Part shown: positions 1 through 13,416 of the stretch, piece by piece
Position numbering within the stretch: position 1 is the stretch's first letter
Layout of the letters: each line of letters starts with the position of its first letter
From: Octopus sinensis
Taxonomy: Eukaryota
Direction of reading: 5' to 3'
Assembly (NCBI RefSeq): GCF_006345805.1
Contig: NC_043002.1
Location: 35,588,001-35,652,000 of the forward strand
Length of the DNA: 64,000 nt
Notes under the pieces: generated by a model
Databases searched by the model: none
The model's input: the letters and a program-made list of their open reading frames with translations, nothing else
Told to the model about the DNA's origin: nothing
Position numbers and translations under genes: made by a program

Positions 1-1287
1 TTTACATGGTACAAGCATTGGCGAGCTTAGTTTTGGCATGGATTTTACAGTCGGATGCCCTTCCAAATGCCAACCACTTTACACACACATACACATGACA
101 GCCTTCCATACAAGGAGGCATTTGTTCAAGGTACCACACAATGATGCCATTCTTCCCTACCATGGCAGTCAACGCAAACCTGACAATGCTTATTTCCTTA
201 CAATGTACAAGACAGACAGAAAGAAAGAGTTGTGTCTCGAGAAAGAAGAAATTTAAGGACCCAATGTGGCAGAACAAAAATAGCAATATCAACTTTTGTC
301 AGCATAATTATGAATCTGACAGTTTCTGGTATTTCTTAAAACATGTACAGAAAGACAGCAATTAAAATCCCATGGACACACCCCCTACTCCAACAAACTA
401 TTTTCACACACCCTACCACCCCCAACAAACTAAAGTACGTCTCCTCTTCTCTTCCTCACATTTCATCTTTTTCATGCAGCATGCTTATGCTTATATGCTG
501 CTCTCCAATCCTGTTCTCACTGCCGGCTCATTGTATCATTGCTATCCTGTTGTCTCCCACCCCCTCTATATACCCAGGTTTCACCAGTCACTACATTCCC
601 CACCTCAGTACTCTTTGCATTCATGTAAATTCCCTACTCCCTATTCATGCATCTATGGAAATGCCCTACCATTTATATTCTGATCCCTGTACCTTGAAGG
701 TATGTCCTGGCACATCGTCATCCTGCTCTCTGTCTCTTGCTTTTTCCTTGTCTGGCCAGCCATGTATCTCCTCTACAGCAAGACCCCTGTTTCTGTCTGT
801 TACTATAACTTTTCATCATCTGGCACAAGGCCACCTCCTCCAATGCACCCCCCCCCGATCTTTGTCTTGCAAGTTACTTGGTGACACTGCCAATGCTGGG
901 GCTACATAAAAAGCATCCAATCCACACTGTAAAGTGGTTGACATCCAACCTATGCTAGCGTGGAAAGTGGATGTTAAATGATGATGATATATATAGGTGT
1001 GTATGTGTATACATATTTCAGCATGTTTTTACATTAACATCATTTCAGCAATTGTGATGCATGTTTATGTCTCCCATAAGCAGTATATATCCATAGCTCA
1101 GCAGTTTTGATGTATGACACCAGTGGAATAATAAAAAAATTTCTTGAGAGACAAGCAAAGGTTGTAAACAGGAAAAGCATTTGCCCACAGAATACCCCTC
1201 TGTTTTGTCTAACTCTTGCCATCATAAATAAACAATGATGATGCTGTTCATCATGATATTCTTGTGTTTGAGCATTATACTTTAAAC

Positions 1288-3169
1288 CAGTGGTTCCCAA
1301 CCTTTTTCAGCTCAGAGACCATTTTTTACTTGAAAAAATTTCTAGGGACCACTTCTACTTTTACTTTATACTGTTCTATCTTAATGAAAAGTCAAAATAG
1401 TCTATTTACACTTTAACATTTATTTTAGGAAACCAAAGATAAAATTTAAAATTTATTTTAGTAAACAAAGATAAACACAAGATATCAAGATCATTTGTCA
1501 TAAAGTCATTCATTTCTAGTCCATTCAGCTAGTGACTAGCTTGATATTGGTGTTTCTGACACAAGATATCATAATCAATTTTAATGAACTCATTTAGTCT
1601 TAGTCTGATAGTTCCTCTGCTGTTGACATCTAATTTATTTCTTTTTCTACTTAAAATATCTACAACAGCTGAAAATGCAGATTCCACAATCCATGTGGTA
1701 GGGAAAGAAATGATGCTTGCTTCTACATGTTGAAAAATATTTGGGTGTGATTCCTTTATCGATATGTAGGCAAAGACACCTTATTTTTCAACTCTTCTTC
1801 TCAGTTTCATATTCTCTTTCAAATCCGACATTTCAGCCAACTCAAAATTTTCATCTCTTGGTTCATAATTTTCTAGGTCTATAAACCAGAGTGGATAATC
1901 CATCTTTAATAAATCTTTGTATCTTCTCTCAAAGTCTTCATGAAGATCTTCAAGATGGGTGATGCATGCAGCAATGCATTCTGATGTAGGAGCAATCGTG
2001 TTAAAATTTTGAAATGATGCCAAATTTTTTTTTTCAAACTGTTTTTTCTAAAATTTTAATTTCCCCATATACTCTTTTATCTTCTGAGAACAGGTGACCA
2101 AATCTGATTTTCTATCTTGTAGCTCTAAGTTAAGCAGATTCACTGTTTTAAAAATATCGCTCAAGCAGAATATTTTTGATTTAAACTCAGAAAGCCTTTC
2201 CAAAATTTTCTTAGCTGTATCAGCTTGCTTCTTGGAGTTGTAATGAGCCATCTGACTTTTGAACATGGGAGAGTTGATCTATGGTTCCCCCAAATTCACT
2301 ATTCTTTCAAAGCTCAGGCCTTTTGACAACCATCATACTTCTGTGTGAAGCAATAGGGTTTTAAAACCTTCATCTTCACAGAATTGCATAAAAAAATCTA
2401 TTATTCACTGAGTTTGATTTGACAAAGTTAATATGGCAGTGTTGAGTGCTTCTTCCATGTGCCCTCCAATATTCTTAGCAACCAAATGCTGTCTGGTTAA
2501 TGCAGTGTATATAAAAAATGTGAGGAGCAGCTGATTTCATTCTAGAAACAAAGCCTTTCACTTTTCCAGTCATGGCTTCAGCTCCATCTAATGCAATGTT
2601 GATCAAAATTAGTCAATGGAATATTTTTATCATTAAAATACTGCATTACTTCATTGAATATATCTTCTCCATTAGTAATTTCAGACAAACTTTTAATGAG
2701 TAACATTTCTTCTCTTATATCATCTTCATGGATGAATCTGAGATAGACCAGAAGGATAGCTTTGTTATGAATTGTGCTAGCATCAACCTGGATAGAAAAA
2801 TTTGTCTTTTGGGGTATTTCTACAATCTTCTTTTCAACAAAATTAGACATTTCATTCTGTCTTTTTGTAATTGTGTTATTTGAAAGTGGAATTGTACTCA
2901 GAGTAGATGTAGCATCTTTTCCCAGAACCTCATTTGCACAAGCTATCATAGCAGGCTTGACAAGTTTCTCCCCATAAATCTGAGGTGCTGCAACATTGGC
3001 AATAATTTCAGAGAGTCGGGTAGTTTGATTGGCTGTATTTTCTTTTTATTCTCAAAATATTCCCTACCTTTCAAGACATAGGTTTTGAGTCTACAGATAC
3101 AAAACCAAACATGATAAAATCTTCTTTGTAGTTCCTCAGTTTTGCCTTTTTAGCAGTTGGTTCAGACAT
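1288..3169 (-). mobile_element. hAT (Buster/Charlie, ZBED5/SCAND3-like) DNA transposon; one TIR and a frameshifted transposase pseudogene (ATG 3169, stop 1529-1531)
   Basis: Terminal CAGTGGTTCCCAACC at 1288, preceded by CTTTAAAC (nnnTAnnn target). Minus-strand fragments MSEPTAKKAKLRNYKEDF, IPLSNNTITKRQNEMS, FSIQVDAST...LLVYLRFI, ESAFS and KHQYQASH*. Several frameshifts; the second TIR was not found. Confidence 0.9.
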
Positions 3170-4595
3170 TATTACAACTGATCTTAAAAAAAAAAATAAA
3201 AGTAATAAATACTTTATTTTTAGACATTAAAAGTATCAAATTTATTATTAAACAATATTGTGTAGTGATCCATTAAAAATATAAAATTTATTATGGAACT
3301 GTTGTGATTGTAATATATTATTGATTATATATTATACATTATTGAATTTTGTTTTCTTATTATTATTCTGTCTTCATATAAATTATTATTAACTAACAGT
3401 GTCTTTTATTATCAAACAATATTGTGTAGAACTGAAATGGCTTCAATATCTTTGTCAATCATGTTATGAATTAGTTGTTCTTGCTATGCCTACCCTATAA
3501 CAATACATAGAAGCTTTATTGATATGAATGGCTTTGATCATGGGTCTGATGTATTAGGGTTGACCTGGGGCTAAACAACAACTACAATAAGAAATTACAA
3601 TAATTATGCTTTAATTGGGTATCACACTCTGGTTAATTAAATTTTGTAAATATTATGGCACATAAAAAGCACCACCCAAACATGGTTAATGCCAGCCCCA
3701 CCTGACTGGGTCCTGTGCTGGTGGCATGTAAAAAGCACCTACTACACTCTTGGAGTGGTTGGTGTTAGGAAGGGCATCCAGCTGTAGAAACATTGCCAGA
3801 TCAGATTGGAGCCTGGTGTGGCCTCATAGCTTGCCAGTCGCCATTCAAACCGTCCACACCACACCAACATGGAAAACGGCTGTCAAACCATGATAATGAT
3901 GATAATTTATAAGTATGTTGATAAAAACATTAGTGTTGACATATTTCCGTTGCTATTAGAGAAGACTAAACAATATCTTCTAGTAGAAACTCCAGGAACC
4001 AGCATTGAACAAGAGTAAAGAGTAATATCATCATTCCAAGCTAGTAGTTACATTGAATAAGAAGTTGCTATAGTAATCTCTTTCTCTCTCTCTCTATCTA
4101 TCTATATATATATAAAACATCTCCTTCATCTAATCCTTGAAAATAAAAAAATCAATAATTTATATGCCTGTTGATAAGCTATGCCTTGAAATCAACCACA
4201 TATCTCTTCCTTGTAGTTATAGTCTGACCTTATTTCATTGACTAATTGAATACAGGGTGGAGCGATTAGGGAGCGGGAGCTCTTGGTAGAAATAATAGCC
4301 AACCAAAACACTTTAAAACCCCTACCATAACATTTCAAAAGGGGAAGGACACAATGACAAAATTCATTTGACTGGTTTTGTTTGGCCAGGAATGACTTAG
4401 GTTTAAACAATAACGGCAGGTACATATACAATATGAATTTCAAATGAATAATGTAATCCCAGTTAAATTGTATTTAAGTGGGAAAAAAAATGATAGTCGT
4501 AGTTTGAGTGCTTTTGATGATGGGCCTGATTAATCAGACTTGGGGTTAAACAGCAACGACATAAAATATAGGGAAGAGAGGAATGTTTCCATATA

Positions 4596-4857
4596 TCACA
4601 TTCCTATTAATTTGTAAAGTTCTAGTTTCTCTTCAAGTAACAGGCGTGGGGGGGTAGGTATTTTTATTTTAATGGGGGACCAGTAGTTGTCCGTGCATGC
4701 AGTCCTCCATGACAACATATCTGGGCTTCTTGATAAGTCTTGGCATGTTGTATGATCTTTGTAAACAAAAAGCTCATTCAAACAGTGTTGTTTGTTTCCA
4801 GTTCTTGTAACCATGTCCAAACTGTTTGTTGTTTGATAGACATAGAGATTATTATCT
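4596..4857 (-). CDS. Candidate coding exon of an unidentified gene (DNNLYVYQTTNSLDMVTRTG...KIPTPPRLLLEEKLELYKLIGM*)
   Basis: Pyrimidine-rich acceptor atctgtttccaag followed by about 87 open codons of non-repetitive sequence. No recognisable homology. Confidence 0.3.
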
Positions 4858-5393
4858 CTTGGAAACAGATGAGGCTGGTGTTAGGAAAAGCAAGCATCCA
4901 GCTACAAAAATCTCTTGTCTGTGATCTTGACTGACCCTTACAAACATGGAAAAGTAGATGTTAAAATGGTGATGATGATGAAAACATTTGTTAAGAATAA
5001 TGCCATTGGTTATAAGATTCCAACAGACCAAATTCTAGTTCACTGCACACCAAAATAAAGCAATATCATGCCATCTTGATTTAAATGATGTTGAGACTAA
5101 TTTTTCCATTCCATGTTACATGAATAGAAGAGTTGTAACAGAAAAAGAGGATCCCAGATACGATTTCTGACCTTCCAAAAAACCATATCAGAAAGAGCCT
5201 CTGCATGGTAGTTTGACATACTAGAAATAGTAACCAAATCTCTCAAATCACATTGTTCTAGTGCCTTGAGAGAGAGAGGACATTGTGTACTGACTGTAAG
5301 TCTAAGATAAACTAGCTTTAAGAAGATACAATAGTTGTGACCAGAATGCCTTTAACCATAAATATGTTCATTCAGGGTTAACTTGGGCTAGAT

Positions 5394-5612
5394 CAGTGCT
5401 TTTCAAACTTTTTGCTGGAGCGGAACCCCAAGGAAACATTCCACTAGCTCGAGGAACCCCTGTGCAATAATTTAATAGTCTTATGCACACATATCTGCAC
5501 AGGAGAATTAAAAATTACTGCCGATTTTAGCAGTTTTGTAACTTCTTGCGGAACCCCTGGACTGTGCTGGCGGAACCCCAAGGTTCTGTGGAACCCTGGT
5601 TGAAAACCACTG
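5394..5612. mobile_element. hAT (Buster-type) MITE, 219 bp
   Basis: TIRs CAGTGCTTTTCAAAC / GTTGAAAACCACTG. Perfect 8-bp TSD GGCTAGAT on both sides with a central TA. Confidence 0.93.
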
Positions 5613-8600
5613 GGCTAGATGAAAGCAGTCATTGTAGAAAGCTGTATGGTTATCACAACTATGTACCAAGTTCTTTTATGCTAAAAAGATTTTCATCACA
5701 TCTGTTGTCTTTTATTTGACTTCTGATGGTAATCAATGAGCAGTTGTTGTTTAGTCCCAGGTCAACTATGATCAAGCACACTTGTAACCAAAAGTATATA
5801 ACCTAATGATTAAGGTGCTGAATTGCAGGCTCCCATTCTTAATGTGGTAGAAGGAGGATAATGTTTTAGCAATTGAAATTATAAATGTTAATGTAAAGAA
5901 AAGTCATTAGGATTAATTAAAATTAATCTCAAAAAGGAAAAAGAGAGAGCTTCCAAAATTTCAGTTGACCTGTAATATTAAATGGAGGGGACAATGAGCT
6001 GATCTATGGTAACTCTGGTGACAACTCCAGACATGTTTCTGTCTTCTTATTCCTCTTCATTAAGGCAGGGAATCATTACTGCCCCAGACCAAATGTTTAG
6101 TGGTTTTCATCTGGTACTTTTTACATTCTTAGTTCAAATACAGCAGAGGTCGACTTAGCCATTCATTCTTTTGGAATTGATAAAATAAGTACCAATTGAG
6201 CACCAGTCCCCTCCCACAAAATTTCAGACATCATGTCTATATCGAAAGACGGAAAAGAAAAAAAAAAAATTATTCCTCATCAACAAGTACACTCAATTCA
6301 GAACGACTTGAGTATATAGTTTTGGGGTAAGATATTTCACTGAATTAGGCAAATTAAAATAATGACCTTGGAAAATATCTTAGTGCTTCATAAGTAACAT
6401 TGCTTTGATATCGTATTTCGTTAAAGAAACAACGCTCTTCAGTGTTCAGCAGCTGTGTTAGTTGTTGTTGTTGTTAAACCCCAGGTTAGCCTTGATTGGA
6501 AAACAACAACAAAAAAAACCTTCAAGCGAGAACATATCGAGCAAGTAATTCCACGTCTCTTGGCCCTTCCATTCACTTAGATACTGTGTTTTTGGACGAG
6601 GCTACTTCTCCTGCTCCCTTCTGCTAAAAGAACCACGACTCGGTGATGGAGCATTTTGCTGACGGAGAGGGCCGGAAATTGCCGATTTGTTTAGGTACTT
6701 TTCCAGAGAGTATATATGTTAAGGTTTTCTAAATCAAGAAACCAAAAGAACAGTAGCAACAGCAGTTAATCAACAACTACAACAGACTCCACGCGGTAGT
6801 GTCAGGCGTGGGGGGAGAGGATATTAAAAAAAAAGACTAGGAAACTAATGTCAGCACGAATAACAACAACGGACGTATTTTGTTGTGCCGGCTTACACTA
6901 TTGTTCCTTATAACCAACCGATTCCTCCCTCCCTCCTTCATAGTTTAGTCTCCACCATGTTTCCCTCACCAAGGATACTACTTCTGGCCTACTTCTCTCT
7001 GTAATCATCCCTTGCTTTCTCTCACTCTCTTTACACCTCGCTTAATTTCCCCCTCTCCCCCTCAACCTTCACTATCAGTCACACTGCTCAGTCCTTTCTC
7101 ACACCTCCTCTTCTTGGAGTGGTGGTGAGAGTGGTGAGGGAGGTGGCTGTGTGTGATATGCCGATGAAGTTGGTGGCGGAGGTAGTACTGTTGCTGTTGA
7201 TAGTGGTAATGATGACATTGCTTATATTGGCGATATCGGTGATAATGATGATGATAATGTTAGTAGTGTTGAAATTTGAGGACTTTACAAGTGCTGTTGG
7301 TGGTGGCATTGGCTACGATGATGGTGTTAAGTGATGGAGATGGCACTCGTAGAATTGGTTATGTTCGTGAAAGTGAAGATGGGTTTAATATATAAAAGCA
7401 GTGTTGTTGAGCCTCCAGGTCAGCCAAGAATGAACAGTCCGATGCTCAAAGGCGTTCCAGCCATGACAAGCCTGCCTTTCTCTTAGGCCTTGCGTGTCCA
7501 AGACTGCTACATCCTCTATTTTGTCCCTCTCTTTTTAAAATAGTTGATTGTAGTCGCGAGGGAGTTTATTGATGCTGTTTCTAGTAGGGCAAGCGACTAC
7601 TTGATAGCTTCCTGAGAGTGAAGGTACTGTTAATATTTAATTCATGGTTGGTGTGGTACGATGATGATATTTGGTTGCAACTCAGTCTTGGTCACGCAAA
7701 CCTTTAATCAAAATCATTCCAACCGTGACCATAACGACTTTTTAGGACTGTATAGGACTACATTATAATGTATCCTTGTCTTATGAAAGGCAGTTAGTAG
7801 GGTGTGATTTTAGGGAAGTTTGGCTGCAATTTCTAGCAGGTCGAACGACCACAGAGTTGCCTTCTTTCGTTCGTTATTGGGATAGTGGTGGGTGCTAGTG
7901 GTGATGGTGGTGGTGATAGTAATGGTAGTTGCATGAATACTGTTGCTGGTGGTAATGTTCATAATGTGCCGTTGTGTTGCCGGCAAAATATGGTAGCAGT
8001 GAGGGCAATTATAGTAGTGTTTGTGGTAGTCGTTGAAGTGGTTGTTTATCTCACAGAGTAGGAGATGGAGACGAAAGTACCTCTCATGTATTCAAACTAA
8101 AAAGTAAAAACAACGCTCTTGTTGATATGTGTTGTTGAATTGACCTCCCCCCCACCTCAATTCTCTATCTCAGCTCCTTACTCTCTCTCTGTTTTCTTTT
8201 TCTTTTTTGAACTTTTTCTTGTTTACATGATTTTTTTTTATCTCGCCTATCTCTTTCCCTCTGTCTCTCTGTATGTGTCGTGTATCACCGTCGAAAAAAC
8301 TTCGAACTTAGCATCATAGCATTGAAAAACATTTATTTTAAATAAGTATTATATATATAAATATATACATACATATACACACACATGTGTGTGTGTACCT
8401 AATACTCTTACGTTTCATCTTGAAAGTAACTTCTTCATTCCACCTTTTTCTACTCTTCGCTCATCTTTCTCTTTTTTATTCTCTCTCCATTCCTCCTTTT
8501 GTTTCTCATTTTATTGCTTTCCTTACTCCCTTACTTCCATCTATATTTTTCTTTTCTCGTCTCCACTATCCACTATCTTTAAGTATCACCTCCTCTCACA

Positions 8601-8819
8601 GTTTTTTTGCCTTTTTTTTAAATTTCTCTCCCTCCTATAATCTTTTCCTTGTTTTCTACACTCTTTCCCATCCTCTGTCTGGTTTTTCCCACTTTCGCTA
8701 ACAACGTCCTCTACGACTATTATTAGCTGTTATTTAACCACAAGTCAAAGCGTTCCAGCCATGATTACCCTGTCTTATTTTTCGGACAATTTCTTCAGGA
8801 CTTTTTATTTAAATTGTGT

Positions 8820-9290
8820 CATTCATCTTTTAAGACGTCGGGGTGTGGTCGGAGGGGAATTTGATTGTTATTTATAGTATGTCAAGAGACCACGTTCGAC
8901 GTTGGCTCGGGCTATTATTAGATTCATTGTCTGGCGGGCGGAGCAAAGTGGACGTTTCCCCTTCCCCGCTCATTTTTAATCTTATCCAATCATCGATTAG
9001 CGTACGCGCGTGCTTACACGCGCACCCACACACATACACATGCGCGCACGCACGGTCTTGACAAAGCTGCGTAAGACCAACACAAAGCGGTCTGTACATC
9101 TATACTTATGTGTGTGTATACGAAGACAAGCGAGAAGTCGAATCGCAAATATCTTTATATTAGCGTGTATATATATACCAACCCATTTCTCTTTATAGTA
9201 TATGCACTGGCCTGCAACGAAGCCGCCACGTGGTTGCAGAGCATGCTCGGAATAACAACCCCGTTGCCTTCAAATTACAGCCTACTGCTT
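8820..9290. promoter_or_regulatory. CpG-rich putative promoter / unmethylated region
   Basis: Dense CpGs in unique sequence (e.g. gcgtacgcgcgtgc, cgaagccgccacgtg), a GC-box-like ggcgggcgga and a CCAAT. Most flanking DNA is CpG-poor. Confidence 0.45.
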
Positions 9291-9930
9291 AAAAAAAAAA
9301 AAAAGGAAATTTATTGGGCAATGTTTTGGGTTATACAAGAAAACAGGATGGTCATGGCTGAAATGCCTTTCATTGTAGGTCAGCTTGATCAGAGCTGATT
9401 TGGGATTAAACAACAATTATAACCAAGTGCAATTTGATTCCAAACGCACATGCACTTGCAAGCATGCACAAAGACACACACACGTGTGTCGCATGGCAGT
9501 CTGGTCCGTCGTGTGCAACCAATGTAATTACAAGCACCAAAACCTCTCCTCCTCGTCAGTCACTCAGAAAAATGGGGTGGGATTTCGGCCCCAATCCGAC
9601 ACCCTCTTGTAAAAGTAGTCACGTGCAAGGGTGCAGGAGAGGTGCACAGTGTATTTACTTAATATTTAATAACCATCCTCGTCTTCGTGTGTGTGACAAG
9701 TTAATCAGTTTTCCCTCGGCTTCTTTATTGTGTTTAGTCAAACCCTGTGTTTAGGTCTGTAAAAGCATTGAGTTTTCACCCCTTTTTACCGCTGTTAGAA
9801 TGAAGTTTCAAGTTTTTTCCTCTTGCTTTACCAGTCGTGACCATTTCATCTTTATTTTAGCAGTGTATTTAGGACAAGGCTAATAATACATCCTATTATT
9901 CCAATACATCCTTCCATATATATATATATA

Positions 9931-10300
9931 GGCGCAGGAACGGCTGTGTGGTAAGTAGCTTGCTTACCAACCACATTGTTCTGGGTTCAGTCCTTGGACA
10001 AGTGACTTCTACTATAGCCTCCGGCCAACCAAAGCCATGTGAGTGGATTTGGTTGACAGAAACTGAAAGAAGCCCGTCGTAGATATGTGTGTTTGTATGT
10101 CTGTGTTTCTGTGTTTGTCCCCCCACCATCGCTTGACAACCGATGTTGGTGTCTTTACGTACCCGTAACTTAGCGGTTCGGCTAAAGAGACCGATAGGAT
10201 AAGTACTAGGCTTACAAAGAATAAGTCCTGGGGTCGATTTGTTCAACTAAAGGCAGTGCTCTAGCATGGCCACAGTCAAATGACTGAAACAAATAAAAGA
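9931..10300 (+). mobile_element. tRNA-derived octopus SINE (OK-like), full length
   Basis: Head GGCGCAGGAACGGCTGTGTGGTAAG...GGTTCAGTCC, internal (TG)n and 3' end ggccacagtcaaatgactgaaacaaataaaaga. Many sibling copies in the window. Confidence 0.8.
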
Positions 10301-12375
10301 ATATATATTTGAAGGTGATAGGATATGATTTGAGGATAGTTTGGTTGCTGTTTCTAGCAAGTCATGCAATCCCATAAAGGTTTCCTTTTTGGTTTGAAAG
10401 TTGATGGAAAGGAGCAGTGGCCATGATCTTTTCAATTCTCTATAGATATGCATATGTTCAAGCTGGACATCATCCACATCAATTTGATGAAATATTAACT
10501 TGCTTGGAAACAGACAAAGGTTGACTGCAGGAAGGGCATCTGGCCATAGAAAATCTGCCTCAATAAACTCTGACCCATGCAAGCATGGAAAAGTGGACGT
10601 TAAAATATGATGATGATGATGATAACACTAAAACTATAGAATAAATTACTACAGCAAGTTTGGCTAGGATGCTTTTAAAAATATTTTCAGTATGAAATAG
10701 TAACTACAATCGGGTATCACAAATTGGGAAGATTATATTTTTACTTCACATCAGTCCCTTTACCATACTCTATCATGAAATTCTATTCTACTCTAATGTG
10801 CTGTATAGTATTGTTGTACTGATTCCTATTGTTCTGCTGTGAATTCTATTGTATTTCGTGTATTCAGGATTTTATTACATCCTTTTCCATTGTATATTCC
10901 ACCTCACTATGTATAATGGTATATTCCATTGTACTGTGCTATACACCAGGTACTTAGATAACACATGACTCATTATGTTCTTGTGTATGGCATGTGTCAT
11001 GTCATGATTATATAAATATAACCTTTTACTAAAATCCTTTGGTCCAGTTCTGTTAATTTGAACAATCTCCCCACCTCTCTTTCTCATTCATGATTTGTCT
11101 TGATAAAAAATTTGGTGAAGTTATGTGATTTCTTTTATTAACAGTATAATATATATATGATATCAATATTTCATAAAGCCTGCTCATGCCTGCTGTACAC
11201 TATTATATTCTATCCCATTATGCTATTTATTGCACTACAGTGTATTTTTCTATATAGTATTGCAAGTACTCTCTTTTGATATACTGTGTACTACTATCCT
11301 GTATTGTAATGCATTTTAATGTCCTATTCTGTACTGTATACTGTCATATTTTATATAGTATTGTACTCATGTTTGCTATATTGTATATAAGTTATTCTAT
11401 TGTACTCTTTTGTATGGCAATGTATTCTAGTGTACAAGTTGTTTATGGTGGTGGATGTGTCACAAAAAAACTGAAACTTGCAGTAACATCTGTTCATTTG
11501 TACTGGGCTTATGATTCTTTTAATTGGCATTATTTGTTTTGAAAGGTTTTATTCTATTTCATCAGTTGATTTTTTTTTCTGGGATTTTTTGTGGGGTGTG
11601 GAGGGATGAAACATTAAAAAGCTGTTACAAGTGAGAGATGTCAAATTATCATCGTTTAACACCCATTTTCCATGCTGGCATGGGTAGATGGTTTGACGGA
11701 GAATGAAAAAGGGAAGAAAGAAAATGCCTCCTTGACTAAATTGGAGGTAAGTATTTGAGAAAGGTTAGAGGGACAGTGGTTCTTTGCCAGGTGTTACAAG
11801 GCTAAAGTGTGATGGTAGGACAAGCTCAGGTGTCTTGCTACAGAGGAGATACAAGGCTACCCCCCTGAATTATATAAGAGTGGGTGGGAGTATCTGAAAA
11901 GATGGCAAATGGTGGTGATGGGATGCCAGAGCATTTAAAGATACATGAAGTTGGGTGTAAGAGATGATACAGACAGTGGAATGGTGATGGTGGTAGAGTT
12001 TTATAAGAGTGTAAGAAGAAAGTAATAGAAGGATAGAGATGGGAGTTGAGGAGAATGTAGCGAGTGATGAATAAAGGTGGATGTGCAGATGATAGGAAAT
12101 ACCAGTATGGAGAGTAGTTAGATGAGAGCTACGGGAGTGTCAGATGTTTTACTGTTTAATGTAGATGTACAACATTTCTAGATGATAATTTTTTTTTAAT
12201 GTTACATTGTGTAACATAGACACAGAAGTGATTGTGTAGTTAAGAAGCTTGCTTTGCACCTGCATGGTTTCAAGTTCAATTCCATTGTATAACTCCTTGG
12301 GTGACTATCATCAACTATAGCCCCAGCCAATCAATGATTTGTGAGTGAATTTGGTAGCTGAAGGCAATATGGAAG

Positions 12376-12411
<36 letters not shown>

Positions 12412-12540
12412 TTAGAGGTAATGTAATCATCTAAGGGATAGATATATCCATAGGCACTCCTGGTATTACCTCAGTATGTATGGTCCTTATTATAAGGTAT
12501 ATGGTAGTAGGTAATTTAAAAGGTAAACCATGGTTTAATA

Positions 12541-13030
12541 TATATAAAAGACGATAAGAAATGGAGCAATGAACAGTGAGAAGTGGATTGTTGGTGTTAT
12601 AAAGTCATTATTTAATTAAGAAGAGTATGTTTATAGCAGTTTCAGTATATCAAGCTTGGCTAAATTTGCATTTACCTCGTTGCAATTGATAGACATCATC
12701 GGAACGATTATATGGCAAAGATGAATAGAAATAGAAATAGATAAATAGAAATGTGAGGAAGAGAAAGGAAAAAAAGGAAAAATGTTCGTTAATTCAATAG
12801 TCTTACATTTTACTGAAGTCCATAATTCAATATATCAGTTGAAGGATAGAAGAGAAGAGAGTTAGTTAAATCCTTGCTCTTATAATTAGCTAGTTTCATG
12901 CAAATTTACCCCAGCTTGATATACTGAAACAGCTGTAAACATACTCTCTTCTTAATTAAATAATAACTTTATAACACCAATGATCCACTTCTCACTGTTT
13001 ATTGCTACATTTTTTATCTTTATATATATA
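12541..13030. mobile_element. Foldback element with ~130-bp inverted arms (12541-12671 / 12898-13030), probably Penelope-like (PLE)-derived
   Basis: The arms align as reverse complements (gtatgtttatagcagtttcagtatatcaagc vs gcttgatatactgaaacagctgtaaacatac). The element carries hammerhead motif parts. Confidence 0.7.
12627..12706 (-). ncRNA. Degenerate type-I hammerhead ribozyme motif, long stem II, CCGAUGA core
   Basis: Minus strand reads CGUU-CCGAUGA-UGUCUAUCAA...UUGAUAUACU-GAAA-CUGCUAU-A-AAC. The sister arm keeps an intact palindromic stem III, GAAACAGCUGUA-AAC (12926-12940). Confidence 0.55.
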
Positions 13031-13034
13031 TATA

Positions 13035-13416
13035 CTAGCAGTATCACCCGGCGTTGCTCGGGTTTGTAAGGGAAATAACTATATAAGCATTTTTAGAGAG
13101 TTATAGCCAAAAAAGAGCAAAAAATGCATTAAAAATGGTAAATTTTTTTAAAAATCGTTGACTCATCGTAGACATTTTTAGAGAGTTACTTCCCTTATAT
13201 AATAGCGAAAAAATGCATTAAAATGGAAAAAAATGATGGTAAATTTTTTTAAAATCGTAGACTCATCGTAGACGCGCGCTAATACCCAGAAGGGCTCGAT
13301 ATGAATCACGACTATAAGATACCCGGTTTTGGTTAAACTGCACCGCAAAATGTGGGAGTAGTTAGGAATCTAAATTGTAGGAGACAGACACACAACCTCT
13401 CTTTTATATATAAAGA
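13035..13416 (-). mobile_element. Non-autonomous Helitron, 382 bp
   Basis: Minus strand starts TCTTTATATATAAAAGAGAGG and ends with hairpin cccgagcaacgccggg then CTAG. Inserted between A and T with no TSD. Confidence 0.85.

Noticed and set aside
343-909. 188-aa ORF, and similar ORFs at 51711-52337 and 56806-57306
   Set aside because: Low-complexity or decayed LINE-like sequence with no coherent domain in the listed frame.
6520-6710. GC-richer block with near-open minus-strand frame (...PRPKTQYLSEWKGQETWNYLLDMFSLE)
   Set aside because: Stops in all frames and weak splice sites; could be UTR, but a coding exon is unsupported.
7088-7334. Hydrophobic ORF resembling a membrane protein
   Set aside because: Decayed GGT/GAT trinucleotide repeat.
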